DNA from: Lama guanicoe
Lineage: Eukaryota
NCBI GenBank assembly: GCA_013239625.1
Contig: MU053645.1
Location: forward strand, 1,728,274 to 1,792,273
Reading direction: 5' to 3'
Length of the DNA stretch: 64,000 nucleotides
The notes below the pieces were generated by a model, which was not told the origin of the DNA, ran no database searches, and saw only the letters and a list, made by a program, of their open reading frames with translations. Both the position numbers and the translations under genes were made by a program. Below, in pieces: positions 37,701-51,879 of the stretch (position 1 is the first letter of the stretch; the number at the start of each line of letters is the position of its first letter).

Positions 37701-38209
37701 CTATAAAACATGTAAAATGAAAAAAAAGTTTTAGGCCACTAAAAATGAGTAGCCTAATGTTTCAAAGTTTATTAAATTAGTGGATTTTTAAAAAGTATGT
37801 ATTGATCCCAGTAGTCAAAATTTGGCATAAAAAGGATTACATTTCTGTACAATTTTTGAATCATTATCGATATTTAATAATTGAGAAACTACACAGGAAA
37901 ATCCGGGTTTTAGGTTTCCATGAAAAATCAGTAGGTCTGTCAACCCTGGGCCTGCATTCCCATGTTGTACCAACTGACTGGAGGGAGCTTAGTGGTGGCT
38001 TCAATTCTTTAGAAAAACCTGTGTTTCAGTTTTACTTTTTGTACCTAACTTTATTATTCAAATTATATAGTTACCTGTCTGCCCCTGAGAGGCACTTCAA
38101 TTCCCCTAATCCACATCAATTACATTTCAAAAGTAATTTGAAGCAATAGTTCAGCAAATGAGTGGGATTTGGCCCAATATGGGACTCAAGACATTTTTAT
38201 GTTCCAAAT

Positions 38210-38520
38210 CTGCAGTGTCCAATATGGTAACCATGAGCCACATGTGGCTATTGATAACTTGAAATATGACTAATGCAATTTGAGATGGGCAAAAGGGTAA
38301 GGCACACATAGGATTTCAAACACATAATGCAAAAAAAAAGAATATGAAATATCAATAATTTTTACATTGATTACATGTTAAAATGATAGCATTTGGACAT
38401 ACTGCATTAAATAAAATATATTATTAAAATTAATTTCACCAGTTACTTTTTCCTTTTTAAACTAGAAAATTTATAATTAGATATGAGGCTTACATTTTAT
38501 TTCTACTGAACCACACTTTT
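38210..38520 (-). mobile_element. Intact single-unit MER33
   Basis: tgcagtgtccaatatggtaaccatgagccacatgtggctattg...ggatttcaaacac...acatgttaaaatgatagc...attaaaattaatttcacc; ~310 bp. Confidence 0.85.
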
Positions 38521-39289
38521 CCAAATCATTTTTAAGATATACCATGTTTTTTAAATTTAAAAAATCCTATTTTTAAAATTTCTGATAATAAATGATACAT
38601 ATTCATTTTGGAAAACACAAAGGAGTATAAAGAAGAAAAAATTTTAAATCATCTGAATCCTGCTAAACGTTGCTGGGTATTTTAGTTTCTTTTCTTTCAG
38701 TCTTTTTTCCACACAAAACATCCACAAATAGAATCTTGTTCTATAAAAAAATCAGTAATACTGTATATACCACTTTGTATGCTCCTCTTTCTTAACATTT
38801 AAAAAATAATTCTTTCCACTATCTTTAAGAATTATTTGAAACAAAGTTGTTACTTAAGTGGATTAACAAACTGAATATAATAATAACAGAACTGGGAGAA
38901 AATATAGATGATTATTTAATTTAAGCACACTAATTGCATTTCTCAACATATAGCCCAAGGCAGAAATTATGCAGAAAATAACTGACTCTGTTACATTAAA
39001 ATAAGCTTTTATATGGTATAAGTGTAACTTTTAAAAGCACATGAAATACTGGAAAAATAACATATAGGAAAGACAAACAATTACTATCATAATTATATAG
39101 TGAATTGGCTCAAATCAACAAGGAAAGGGCAATACCGATATCAAAATGGACCAAAAAAGAAAAGATAAACCATTTTACAATTGAGTAATAGACACGTGGA
39201 AAAAAATGATCAGTTTCATCAGTAATCAAGGAAATGCAAATGAGAACAAGAAAACATTTCCAAGTAACAAGTTGGTAAATAAATTTTTT

Positions 39290-39442
39290 AAACTGAATTT
39301 TAATTTTGTTCCTCCTTCTTTTGGGAGGGAGGTGGTTATTAGTATTATTTATATCTATTTATTTAGACAGAGGTACTGGGGATTGAACCAATGACCTCAT
39401 GCATGCTAAGTACATGCTCTACCACTGAGCTATACCCTCCCT
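39290..39442 (-). mobile_element. Camelid tRNA-derived SINE (Vic-1-like)
   Basis: gaggtactggggattgaacc...catgctaagtacatgctctaccactgagctataccctccc. Confidence 0.85.
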
Positions 39443-39454
39443 GATAAATAATTT

Positions 39455-39670
39455 TAATAATAATAACAGCCAACATTTATTGATCACTTATAATCTAAGT
39501 ACTTTACATGCCTTATTTAATTTCCCTAACCACTTAAGTTGCATGCAGATACCATTGTTAGGCCCATTTTATAGTTAAGGAGATTGAACCACATACCCAA
39601 AGCCACATTACTATTAAGTTGTGGAGCTGGAATTTGAACACAGATGGTCTGACATCTGAGTCCATGCCAT
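39455..39670 (-). mobile_element. MIR SINE
   Basis: aataataataacagccaacatttattga...cccattttatagttaagg...ggagctggaatttgaacac. Confidence 0.7.
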
Positions 39671-40114
39671 TATTGGTGATTTATACCTAGAGGTGAGGGT
39701 TCAGAAAATGGACACTTTCATACAGTGCTGGTGAGAATGAGAACTGGTACAACTTTTCTGAAAGTTAGTTTGCAAATATGTATCAAAAAACCTTAAAATA
39801 ATTCTACAGCCTTTAACTCAGAAATTCTATGCCTATGACTATAGCCCAGGTGAAAAGTCATACAAGTGATCTGTATCTGAGCTTTAAAAACATCGAAGTG
39901 TACAGGTATGTAACTATATGCAATGACAGGGTATTTATTTCAGCTTTTTTTGAAATACCAGAAAAATGGATAAAATTTTAATACTTATAAATAAGGAAGA
40001 AAATAAATATGTTAGGACGCAATAATACTTTGGAAAGCTATTACAGCCATTATAAATAATGTAGTACAAAAAACAACAAAATGGAACATTCTCTAAGAAA
40101 TATTGTTATATCAA

Positions 40115-40640
40115 TTATATTGGATGGAGAATTTTAGCTGTACGTAAATAATAATTGACTGAAACTGGCTTAAATATTAAGGAAGTTTACGGTTTCACTT
40201 GGCAGGAAGAGAAGAAGTAGGTAGAACAGGCTTCAGGACTGACTGATTCCGCAGCTAAAGGATGTAATCAAGACCTAGGTTCCTTTCATCTCTGGTCAGC
40301 TTCTGCCATGCTTAGTGTTAGCTTCATCCTGAGGCTTATGGTTACCCCTGATGCAACAAGATGGCTGCTTATGGTGATATGGTGTTTGAGGGTACATTCT
40401 TCTCTGTTTCTATCCTTTCCTCCAACTATGGGATACAAGGGCTTCCCTTCAATCTGACTGGGCCATTTTAAGATTGTTGGTCACCCTCAACCAGCAACAA
40501 TCCTCAGAGAAATTCTGGGTCCTGACAGGTTCAGAATAATAAGGACTTGCCCCCAGAAGCTATCAGTGAGGTGGGGTGGGGTGGACATCCAGATGTTTGG
40601 AGTTCTGCTAGGGAGGAAGTGGTAACTTGATGTTAGAGAA
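40115..40640 (-). mobile_element. Old MaLR LTR (MLT1J/K-like)
   Basis: actgaaactggcttaaat...cagctaaaggatgtaatcaagacctaggttcctttcatct...acaagatggctgc. Confidence 0.55.
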
Positions 40641-41739
40641 GCATATACTACACTGGATGCTTCAAAAATAAGAATGGCCCAGAACACTCTAACCTCCAAG
40701 AGGCCCTGAGTGGGATATCAAACAGCCAGAAAACACACTAAATAAACTGTGGAAGGAAAGGAGATAGAGCGTAAAAAAAACCCTAAAGTATTGCAAAACA
40801 ACACAACAAACCTAAAGTACTCCAGAAAATGTCAACCTGCAGGGGGAGGAAAAAGAGTTGGAGGGGAAGGGAGGGAGGGAGAGGAGGAGGGAAGGAAGTG
40901 GTCGAGGGGAGAGAAAGAGAGAGAGAATATGAATCATAACTGTGACTCTGCAAAAGCTCCACTACCAATAGAAATCTGAAGGATCCCTGGAGCCCTGGTA
41001 TTAAAAATCAAAACAAGGGGCCATTTCTCCAGGGTACCAAGACCAGTAAGACCACTCACCAGGGCTAAATGGAAGGCATGTGAGTCTGTGCCCACAAATG
41101 CCCAAGAAAATGGTCAGTGAGAAACAGAATCCAGTAGATAGAATTCCAAGAAGATAAATTCTCCAGAGTTTTCACTTTCATCACATACATAACACCTGTC
41201 TTCTCAGAATTTTGCTTTGCTCTGTGGACCAGTGTCAGATGTGCTGGGCACATCCCTTCTTCCACAAGTAGGTAGAAAGTTGGCCTTGAAGGTTGTTTAA
41301 CATCTCTGAAAAGCAAATGCTTTAGTTGTTTCAGTTTTTAATCTTACTGGGATTTGCACGGACTCCCACTGGGCATTGTTTGCTCACTTGGCAGGCTCAT
41401 GACATCTACTCCAGCCAGGCTACTCTCTCCCTCACCATCTCTTTCCAGAACTCCTCCTCCTGGAAAAGTATTCCAATGCTACCCACCTTTCAAGGCTCAA
41501 CCCAGATCCCTCTTCCTCATGACAGTTTCCCTGGCTCCATGAGTACCTCCCTTCTCGTACCCCTATTCAGCTGACAAAAACGCAACAGGTTTTCAATTTA
41601 TTTTTTTACCAGAAGTTGTTATGTGCAATAGTGGACTTGCCCAGGCACTTCTAGTTCTGCTTCCCCCGTGATTTCCTGGATTGTGTTTTATAACTGTTTT
41701 TTGTCTTTCACAGACCTCATGCCATTGAGTGATCAGTGA

Positions 41740-42370
41740 ACTGTTCTGTTTCTCCTCTTGCCCTTCTTCAATCCAGTCTCCACATGGCAATCCAAGGAAT
41801 ATTTTAAAGAAGAATTAGAATATGCTCCTCCCCTCATGTGTATCCCTTAAATGCCTCCATTACACTTAAATACTTTAAAACAGACTAAAAGAAAACAAAT
41901 CCTTCAGGCCCTGCAAGACCTGGCTCCTGGCCACCTCTCTGACTCAGCCAGGCCACTCTCTTCCTCTACTGATAAGCTTCAGCTACACTGGCCTCCTTTA
42001 GTTCTAAATGGACCAAGGACTTTCCTGCCCTAAAGCCCGTGCACATGCTGTGTCTCTTGAAAGGCTAGCCACTGCACCCTAACGCCCTCCCACTCCTGCC
42101 CCCGCACCTTTGCCCTGGCTAACTCTTGTTTACCCTTTAGGACTCAACTTAAATCTCATGCCTATTCTCATCCCCTGGTCTAGCCCCTCATGTTATATCT
42201 CACAGAACCTTGTTCTCTTTCTTTATCATAATTTGGGATTACATGATTGTTTAATGTTTCTCTCCCCCATTAGACTGTACATTTCATGCTCAGAGGGACC
42301 ATGTCTATCTTATTCACCAGGGCATATCCAGCATCCAGCCCAGTGCCTGGCACATGATAGGTAACAAGAG
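41740..42370 (+). mobile_element. L2 3' part
   Basis: caggccctgcaagacctggctcctg...tagactgtacatttcatg...cagtgcctggcacatgatagg. Confidence 0.75.
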
Positions 42371-42424
42371 ACAGTAGACTAAATCCTATTAAATTTCCTT
42401 TTTTTGTTTTGATCATGCTAGACC

Positions 42425-42630
42425 TCCATTTATTGAGCATATTCTGAGCTTCATATGCATTATCTACAATCTTCCCAATAAGCCAGCATTTAGAAATTAC
42501 TAACCTCAATTCACAGATAAACATTCACTCAGAGACAGTAAGCAACTTGCCCAAGGTCACCTAGGTACAAGGCACAACTAGGAACTGAACTTGGTGGTAG
42601 CCGATTCTAAGGCCCATGCTCTTTCTACAA
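42425..42630 (-). mobile_element. MIR SINE
   Basis: catttattgagcat...tcagagacagtaagcaacttgcccaaggtcac. Confidence 0.7.
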
Positions 42631-44639
42631 CCTCCAATAGTGGAAGAAGTGCTCCGGGAAGCAGTATTTTGGTCTTCTAGCAAACACTGACTTCAAACTG
42701 TACTCACCCAATTTTGCATCAAAAGACAGCATCCCCAGGAAGAGAAATCACAATCACTCTCTTCTCCGCTTTTTAACTTTGCAGGGACAGTAGTTATGAA
42801 AAGGCAACAAAAGTGGTGTGTGTGTTTTAAGACCCTAGAACTCCAACTATGCTCTACATGGTGAAGACTGTTACAGACATAAATCAAAAAGTCTCTGCTC
42901 TCATGGGTTTGAGCCAGCGAGGCAGCAGCATTGCACATATGTCCAGGCTCCCTTGGGATAGGCACTGAGCGCTCCCTCAGGGAGAAGGGTGGCCTGTTTG
43001 TGGTTACACGCATCTGGTTTCTCATTCTCACAGCAACTGCAGGGCACTCCATACGTGGTGATGGCTCTTTCGCATACGCAGTTCCTTCTGCCTGTCCTCA
43101 GCCTCAGCCCTTGCCTTAATGAACCATTCTTCTTTCACTTCTGTACTCAACGGGGACCACAGTCTGCCCAGCCCCAGCCCCTCACAGCTCCCTTAAAATA
43201 GTTTCTATTTTTACTTTTTGGTTGTATCTGATCAGGTCTAACTCCCCGCCTAGGGAGGCCCAGCAGGTGGGTTCACCATCTCAACCCGGGCCTGGCACTG
43301 TGGCACTCAGAGATGTGCAGCTAATCAAACAGAAAGAACTATCTCGTGTTCCCATTCTCACCACTAAACCTGTCCGCCCTCTTCCTGGAGATCCTCCTCT
43401 GCCTTTCAGGGCACCGAAACCCTCCCAAAACACACCTCGAGCTGCTGAGTCCTGCGTTCCCAACGGTGTGACCCATCTGACAGCATCCTAAATTGCCATT
43501 TTTTAAAGGTCAAAACCAGATACATATCAGCAACCTCATAAGGTTCAACATAATACTTTTTGAACGAATGAAAGATGAGACAAGTGAATTATTGAGAAAA
43601 GAGTATCAGAAAGTAGCCCAAGGAATATGCTTTACTCCCCCCTTTACTATCTAACCTGCTTTAGGGTAGGCTCAGGAATCCGGCTGAATTGCTGACCCTG
43701 AGACTTTCCCCCTAAAGGAAGGAGGACCTCTAATCCTTGTCATGAGTGTTTCTCCCCAATGAATTCTTGAAAGTTCATGCCTCACACCATCGGCTTTTGT
43801 ATTCTTGCTTAAGCTCTATCTCTTCCCATGCTCTTTCATGTTTTCTTCTCCTTTCACAACTATTTTTGGCAACTAACTCATCAAGAGCATAAGGACTTCT
43901 ATATGATGTGTCTTTACTCCCTTTTCTAGTAAATTCCCAAATGTTCTTTGCCAGGTCATGGTAGTATTTGCTTTATCCAATTGAGAGACTTAAAAGAGGA
44001 ATCAATGACTATATTGAATGATGAAGTAAGAAACTACTTACCTTGGGAGAATTACAGTATTGGAATGGAGGTGTGGTGTTGGAGGCAGAAAGAATTAAAG
44101 AAATTTCAGGGTTGCCTCCACTTCACAATCCTGCTGTTCCTCCCCTCTCCTATCCAGGAGACAGCAATTATAGCAGTGGTATGACCCTTGACTCATCAGC
44201 AGGGCGACTGAGAGAAGCATAGGTCACAAAATCTACCAGAGTTCTGAACAAAGCTTGAAAATTACTGTTTAGAACAAAAACGAAAATCAGGTATTGGAAC
44301 AAAAATCAGGTATTTCCTGGGTGTCTCAAAAAGGCAGAACTTAGGTCCAAAAGAAGATCTAATATTGGGTTATTGATTTGGGCTATCACTATTTGATACA
44401 CAGTAGTTGCTGCATAAGTGCATAGTGAACAAATGAATGGTTTTAGGATACATCAGCCAATGAAAAACATTAAGGTATAATTTCCCACAGTCTTTTTTCA
44501 TCTCTGTGTATATATTTCAAACCCAAGTAGGTTAATTTGATACATACTGTGTCAAAATCTTATGTTATTAAAAAAAAGCAGATTGTTTTGTTGCTGATGT
44601 CGTTGTTTTTGACTTTCCTTATTAAAAGTATACCTTTCA

Positions 44640-46955
44640 ATTTTTGGTTTCCTGTTCAGCATTAAGGAGACTGGAAGTCATCACACCCATTCTCACAAAA
44701 ATAAAAATCAGAGAATTGAGGTCACAATGCAAACGACTGCCCTCACTAACTGGAGAGATAAACAGGCGTATATAGAGAATTATAATTTACTGGAGCAGAG
44801 GCTCAGGGGCAGACCACTGCTGGAGCCCACACCATGATAGGGAAAACAAACTATAATTGATTACTTGCTAGAGGCTCAGTGCGGACAAGCTTAAGAGTTA
44901 AAAACTGGGTGGACCCAGTCTGTGGTGCCCTCCTCATTTTCTTGAGTTTTACCTCCAAGAGCCCTACAAGTGAAGATCAGAGTTAAATATCTGTGGGCTT
45001 CTAGCAAGGGGATGGAAAAGTAGCCATATTGAAATACAGCCAAAGCATTTGTTTTTCTTAAAAAGACCTGTCCTCAAAAGAAAATAACCAAACTGGGGAA
45101 GGAAAATACCCAACCCCAGTTCCCTCCAGTTTTTCAAGTTGGGGAAGAGGAATATCCCGCTTCTAGCTTTTCTGACTCATCCAGTTGTGGGGGGAGGACT
45201 GAGAAGAACTACTGAAGGTCACAACCCATGCACAGGCATACTAAAAGACTGGAACTTAATCACAGAATAGTAGAACATTTCCTTTCCTCCCATGTCTTAC
45301 CATCACATCAATAGGGCTCTTGTATAATAACAGAGGAATACACTGGAAAAAATTGCACATTGCACATATCAGAACTTACTTAAAAAGAAGTCTCTAGGAA
45401 AATCCAAAGTTAACAGAAGAGACAAAAACAAGGACACTAGAGGAAATTTAAGCCTCTGATACCTACAAGCTACAGCAAACAGTGAATAATACAGTGTAAC
45501 TTCTAGCCAGATAAACATAAGCCTCACACTAAAATCCTATGTACTTCAATTATTTTTCCCCAGTACATCACGTTCAGCTTAAAAAAAAAACTATAAGGTA
45601 TACCAAAAGATAAAAATAAGTCTGCAGAGAGAGAGAGCGCGAGCAAGCAAGCATTAGAACCAGACTCAGATATGATCAAGATTTTGGAATTATATGCAAA
45701 CTTTAACTCAAAATGGATCAAAGACCTAAATGTAAGATCTAAAACAATAAAACTCTTTAAAAAACAAAAGCTTCACAACATTGAATTTGGCAATAGTTTC
45801 TTGGATATGACACCAAAGACACAGATAACCAAATAAAAAATATCCAAATTGGACTTCATTAAAAAATTTTAAATTTGTACATCAAAAGACACTAACAGCA
45901 GAATAAACCTGCAGAGGCAACCCATAGAATGAAAGAAAATATTTTCAAATCATATATTTAATAAGATATTAATATACTAAAAATCAACAGCAAGATTCAA
46001 AAATGAACAGAGGATATAAACAGACATTTCTCAAAAAAATACACAAATGGTCAATAAGAACATGAAAAGATGCTCAGCATCACTAATCATTAGGAAATGC
46101 AAATTAAAACTAGAATAAGATACCACTTCACACTCACTAGGATAGCTAATATCAGGAAAGAAAACAGAAAACAATAAATGCTGGTGAGGATGTGGAGAAA
46201 TTGGTACCCTTGTACAATGTTGATGGGAATGTAAAATGGTAGGTACAACACTGTGGAAAACAGTATAGTTATTTCACAAAAATTAGAAAAGAGAATTACC
46301 GTATGATCCAAATCTAGGTATTCATCCAAAAGCTTTGAAAGCAGGGTCTTGAAGAAATATTTTTACACCCATGTTCATAGCAGCATTATTTATAATAGCT
46401 AAAATGTGGGGACAACCCAAGTGTCACTGACAGATGAATGGATAAACAAAATGTGGTATATACATATAATAGGATAATATTCAGCCTGAGAAAGAAATGA
46501 AATTCTGACATGCTCCCAGCACGGATGAACCTTGAGGACATTATGCTAAGTGAAATAAGCCAGTCACAAAAAGACAAATACTGTATGAGTTCACTTATAT
46601 GAAGTATTTAGAGTGGACAGCATGTAGAATGGTGGTTGCCAGGGGCTGGGGGAAGAGAAATGGGCAGTTGCTGTCTAATGGATATAGAGTTTCAGTTTTG
46701 TAAGATGAAAAAAAATTTTGGACGTTGGATGGTGGTAATGATTGTAATCATTATGAATGTATTTAGTACGACTGAACTGTTCACATATATGTATGTATAT
46801 GTATAACTGAAACATTATGCTGTACACCAAAAGTTGACACAACATTGTAAACTGAGTGTATGTCAATTAAAAAACGGTAAAAAGTTTTAAAGATAAAACA
46901 TGGTGAATATGGTAAATTTTATGTTCTATTTATTTTACCAAAAGAAAAAAAAGAA
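44640..46955 (+). mobile_element. L1M composite: 5' region (44640-45700) joined to an L1MB-like 3' end, with a short younger L1 tail at ~46785-46875
   Basis: aactcaaaatggatcaaagacctaaatgtaag..., acacccatgttcatagcagcattat..., gtaaattttatgtt...aaaa tail. Confidence 0.75.
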
Positions 46956-48419
46956 TATATGATCCATTTGTAAAAAAGATAAGTACACAAATATAGGGCA
47001 AGGAAAGTGAAATTCTTTGGCATTCCATTCTTCCAATGACAACTGCTGTTACAGTTCCAATGCAGTGTTTGTATTTTGTGTGTGCATATTTTAGTACATG
47101 TTATGCAGTAGTTATTCTTTTAAGAAAGATGTCACAATATACATAATGTTCAATCTGCTTTGTTTAATGAAAATTAATTCACACAAATATGCCCATTCAA
47201 TGCTCTAAATTTGTCCCTCTCCATATAAATCTACAACAAAATTTGGCAAAAACTAGAGCATTAATGTTCTGGGAACATTTGTCTCTCCAGTGAAGTCCAT
47301 CTTCTTAACCATATAATTTAGATAAAAGGTATATTCTTGCTGGCATGCTTACTTTCAATCTCCCCCAACCCCTTATCTGTTGTCTGAATCATTTCCTAAT
47401 TAACTTACTACCTCCGAGTCCGGCCTGCCTCATTTCTGTCCCTTTGGCGAGCATTTACAATTTGTGAAAACCGAGGACATGTGAAACTATTATGGAAGCA
47501 TAAGTCCGCCACCTGCTGACAACCACCACATTGTGCAATATTCCGCTCCCTCCAATAGGTTTTTCTATAGGAAGCAGAAGGCTCTTATGGAGACCAAAAT
47601 AATCCTTGTTTCCCATCCACTTCATCTTTAGCACTGGAAGGGTGTCTGCACTTTGAGAGGACTTTGTCATGGGACAAAGAAACTAGATTTTGAAGGGCAG
47701 AGGTACGGAGAAAATGTCTCAATACTTGTATCATTATCTTTGACTATAATTCAGTTGCATTATTTTTCTATATATGCTCATAGATGTACAAATGTATACA
47801 TTACACATATGATAAAAAATTAAATGGAACTATACTCAGGTGTTGTAGGATAATTTTGCTCCTTTCTAAATGCTTTACCAGATGACCCAGGACCATTGGT
47901 CTGCACTCATATCAAATAACACCTTTATGATCCATGAAATATATAACAGCTCAGAGTGAAAGGGATTAACACTATATCATTTGTTTGCCATGCCAGTCCT
48001 AAGAGAAATTTTAGTGACCACTGGGAAGATAACATATTTATTCCTTTACACATGGAAAAAGTCCTCTGGGGTGCTGGCAATGTTCTATATTTCAATCAAG
48101 AGTAAAGAAGAAAATGCATATAATCAGAGATTCCACTAACCACTGACAACCAGTATAATAAGTAAGTATGATATTAATATTTCTGCATTGTGACTTCTTC
48201 ATTGGCTTGAAAAATGTACACTATAAGGTTTTATAAGGATTAAATGAATTCATATTAATGAGGTACTTCAGTGCCTGGCACAGAACAAGTGCTCAATTAA
48301 TGTTGCCACTAATAATAGTCAGGCCCATATTCTTTAAATATATGTATATAAATGCACACATTCATAAATTTCGTATATATGTTTTAACCAAATATAATCA
48401 TATTTCATGTGCTGTGAGA

Positions 48420-49180
48420 AAAACATATGACCTTATTTTACCCAAATGATTGCTTAGCATGTAAAATGCTGCTCAATATCATTATTTACTGGGAAAATCC
48501 AAGCCAAAAATGTAGTGCAATGCCCTCTGGAATGGGTGAAAGTAAAACTAACCAAAAATGTTGTTGGTGAAGATGTGGAGTAAGCGGAACTCTCTATACT
48601 GCTGGTATGGCTATGAATTGGTACACCTCTTTGGAAACTGTGAGGCAGTATCTGCTAAGGCTGAACTTGCACACACCTGATGGCCTACGGGTTATCCTGA
48701 TAGCCTATACTGCACCCCTAGGCAAATACATAGTACTTAACAACAATTGATTTGTATATGTGCCAAAAATATATGTATAAAATGTTCATAGCAGCATCAT
48801 TCATAATAACCCAAGGCTGAAAACAATCAAAGGCTCATCAACAAGAACAGAAAAATTAAGTTTAGTAAAGTCAAAGAATGAAATACTGCAGAGCAATGAA
48901 AATGAACAAACTACTGCAAAGTGTGATAACTTTAACTCTAACAGATATAAAGAAGCCAGACACAAAAGAATTCACACTTTTTGGGGTATGATTCCTTTTT
49001 TGTAAAGATCAATAACAGGCAAAACTAATCTATGACTTAGCCATCTGAATAGCAGTGAACTTTGCATACTGGTAGCAATGGCTGGAAGGGTGGCATGAAA
49101 GAGTCCTCTAGGGTGAGGGTAATGTTCTATATATGGATGGGGATAGGAGTTATATGGTGGTGTTCATGAAAACTAATGGT
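48420..49180 (+). mobile_element. L1ME-like 3' fragment
   Basis: ggtgaagatgtggagtaagcggaactctc...aatgttcatagcagcatcattcataat...aacaggcaaaactaatctatg. Confidence 0.7.
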
Positions 49181-50040
49181 GTTGAACTCAGGCCCTGTAC
49201 AGCCCCAGTACTCCACATTTCTGAGAGATTAAGGGTTTGGTTGAGAATTTGTACTTTACAAAGAGGATGGAAATTTCCTACTGCTGCTGGTGTGCATCTT
49301 CTTCAGGATGTATAAGTGGAGACTTCAGGTAAAACTTGTAGATCCTTTCACATTAGGATCCTGAGTTTTAAAGAGACAGTTAATCATCTCAAGACGAAAA
49401 CTATTGTCCAGGCTTAATAATAGGTTAAGAAATTACCTTGAAGGATTCCAGCGTAGATCTTGACATTTGCTCCCCTCACGTATGCCCAACACCAAAATTA
49501 ACCAAGCAAAAAAACAAAAACATAGAGGTTCTTTTGCTTGCCAGATTTGGCAACAACCAACCTACAGGATAGCATCTTGATCCCCTGGTCACAGTGTTCT
49601 AGGCTCTCAGAGACTTGGGGTCCTATCAGTTCTGACCTCATCCATCCAAGTATCTTACACTGAAGTAACACTGGATTATTCATCATAACCACAAAGTAAA
49701 CCTTTCCACATTCTCTGTTCTGTACCATGGATCAGACCTGAAATGCCTCCTGGGACATTTCCTTAACTATTCATTCTTTTTCAGCACAAATGGCACCTCC
49801 TTTTTGAGGCTTCACTGACAATCTCCAAACCCACTATTGGCAGGAACTACTCCATACGCTGTTCTTCCACAGCATGTCACTTATCCTTCCAGTATGTTGC
49901 TCTGATTCACTTAGTATGAAAACTATAACAAAAGAATGCTAAATAGCAGGTGGTAAATCTGGCTAATGGGTATTTTGTTGTTTATAAAATTATTCTCTAT
50001 ATTAATTACAATCTATATATGCCTGTCATATTGCAATTTA

Positions 50041-51100
50041 TTATTTTTTACTTTTTATTTATTTATTTTCTGAAGTATAGTCAGTTTATAATGTTGTGTC
50101 AATTTCAGGTATACAGCATAATGTTTCAGTCATACACATACATACATATATTCCTTTTCATATTTTTTTCATTATAGGTTACTACAAGATATTGAATATA
50201 GTTCCCTGTGCTATACAGAAGAAACTTGTTGTTTATCTATTTTATATATAGTAGTGTGTATCTGCAAATCTGGAACTCCCAAGTTATCCCTTCCCACCCC
50301 CTTTCCCCCTGGTAACCATAAGCTTGTTTTCTATGTCTGTGAGTCTGTTTCTGTTTTGTAAATAAGTTCATTTGTGTCATTTTTTTTAAGATTCCACATA
50401 TGAGTGATATCATATGGCATTTTTCTTTCGCTTTCTGGCTTACTTCACTTAGAATGATGATCTCTAGGTCCATCCATGTTGCTGCAAATGGCATTATTTT
50501 ATTCCTTTTTCCTTGAGTAGTATTCTTCACTTAGAATGATGATCTCTAGGTCCATCCATGTTGCTGCAAATGGCATTATTTTATTCCTTTTTCCTTGAGT
50601 AGTATTCCATTGTATAAATATACCACTACTTCTTTATCCAGTCATCTGTCGATGGACATTTAGATTGCTTCCATGTCTTGGCTATTGTAAATAGTGCTGC
50701 TATGAACACTGGGGTACATGTATCTCTTCAAATTAGAGTTCCTTCTGGACATATGCCCAAGAGTGGGATTGCTGGATCATATGGTTAATCATATGCTGGA
50801 TCATATGGGATTGCTGGATCTATTCTTAGCTTTTTGAGGAATCTCCATACTGTTTTTCATAATGGCTATACTAAACTACATTCCCACCAACAGTGTAGGA
50901 AGGTTCCCTTTTCTCCACACCCTCTCCAGCATTTATCACTGTGGACTTTTTAATGGTGGCCATTCTGACTGCTATGAAGTGATAATTCATTGTAGTTTTG
51001 ATTTGCATTTCAGTAGGTATTCTGTTTGATTTGTTCTGTATATTGGTGTGGATTTTGCTGTATTCATGGGAGAGGGTGAGCTAGGCGTCCTACTACTCTG
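50041..51100 (-). mobile_element. Lineage-specific L1 element: ~90 nt of 5'UTR fused to ~970 nt of 3' end
   Basis: Minus ORF 50237-50530 (NKIMPFAATWMDLEIIILSEVSQ). L1 5'-tip-like cagagtagtaggacgcctagctcaccctctccca on the minus strand at 51100-51065. TSD catattgcaattta (50027-50040) / catactgcatttta (51101-51114). Confidence 0.8.
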
Positions 51101-51879
51101 CATACTGCATTTTAAAATAACTATTGGTCAAAGTGTGAGCAAGCAGGTACTGTAATACCTAAATTCACAATCTTTCTGGAGGGCAAATAACATAGAGCTT
51201 CATGGGAGTGATTTGATCATTGTGAAATTTCGTTAAGAATTCCAAACTCCCAGTATTTTTCAACAGGAGCAACGTTGGCATTTTGGAGTGTGTGTGTTAA
51301 TCTTCTTATGAGGCATCAACCACACTTCTCATTAAACAACTCTGGTACACCAATACAGTGGAATGTCACACAGCCATTGAAAGGAGTGAGATGCTTCTAT
51401 GTATGCATATAAAGTATTGTGATTCTGCATGATGGAGATGCAAGTAAAACACAAGCTTTTGCATTGAAGATTTAGGAAAATATCACACTCACTTTTGTTT
51501 CTATCTCAGTTGGAAGAAAAATTTTAAATAACTCTTCTTGACATTATCAAGATAGATTAGCTTTCCTAGGGGAGGAACAAAATTCTTTCTTTAACAAAAT
51601 CTTACCAAGCTTTGAAATGGATATGTAACATTTTCACAATCACCATTGTTTGCAACTTGTGTTATCATATGAAAAATGTTTTTATTTGAAATAACCGCAA
51701 CAAAAAATCTTTAATGACCATGAAAAGAACAGTAAAAAACTTTCAGCATTAGACCAATTCTTATCTACCACATAAGAGTTACTAGGTTAGTGAACAATAG
51801 TTTCTTGTATAAGGAATACTCTATTTACCATTCTAAATAATTATCATATTTTTCCTTGAGTTTGGATACATTCAAGAAG

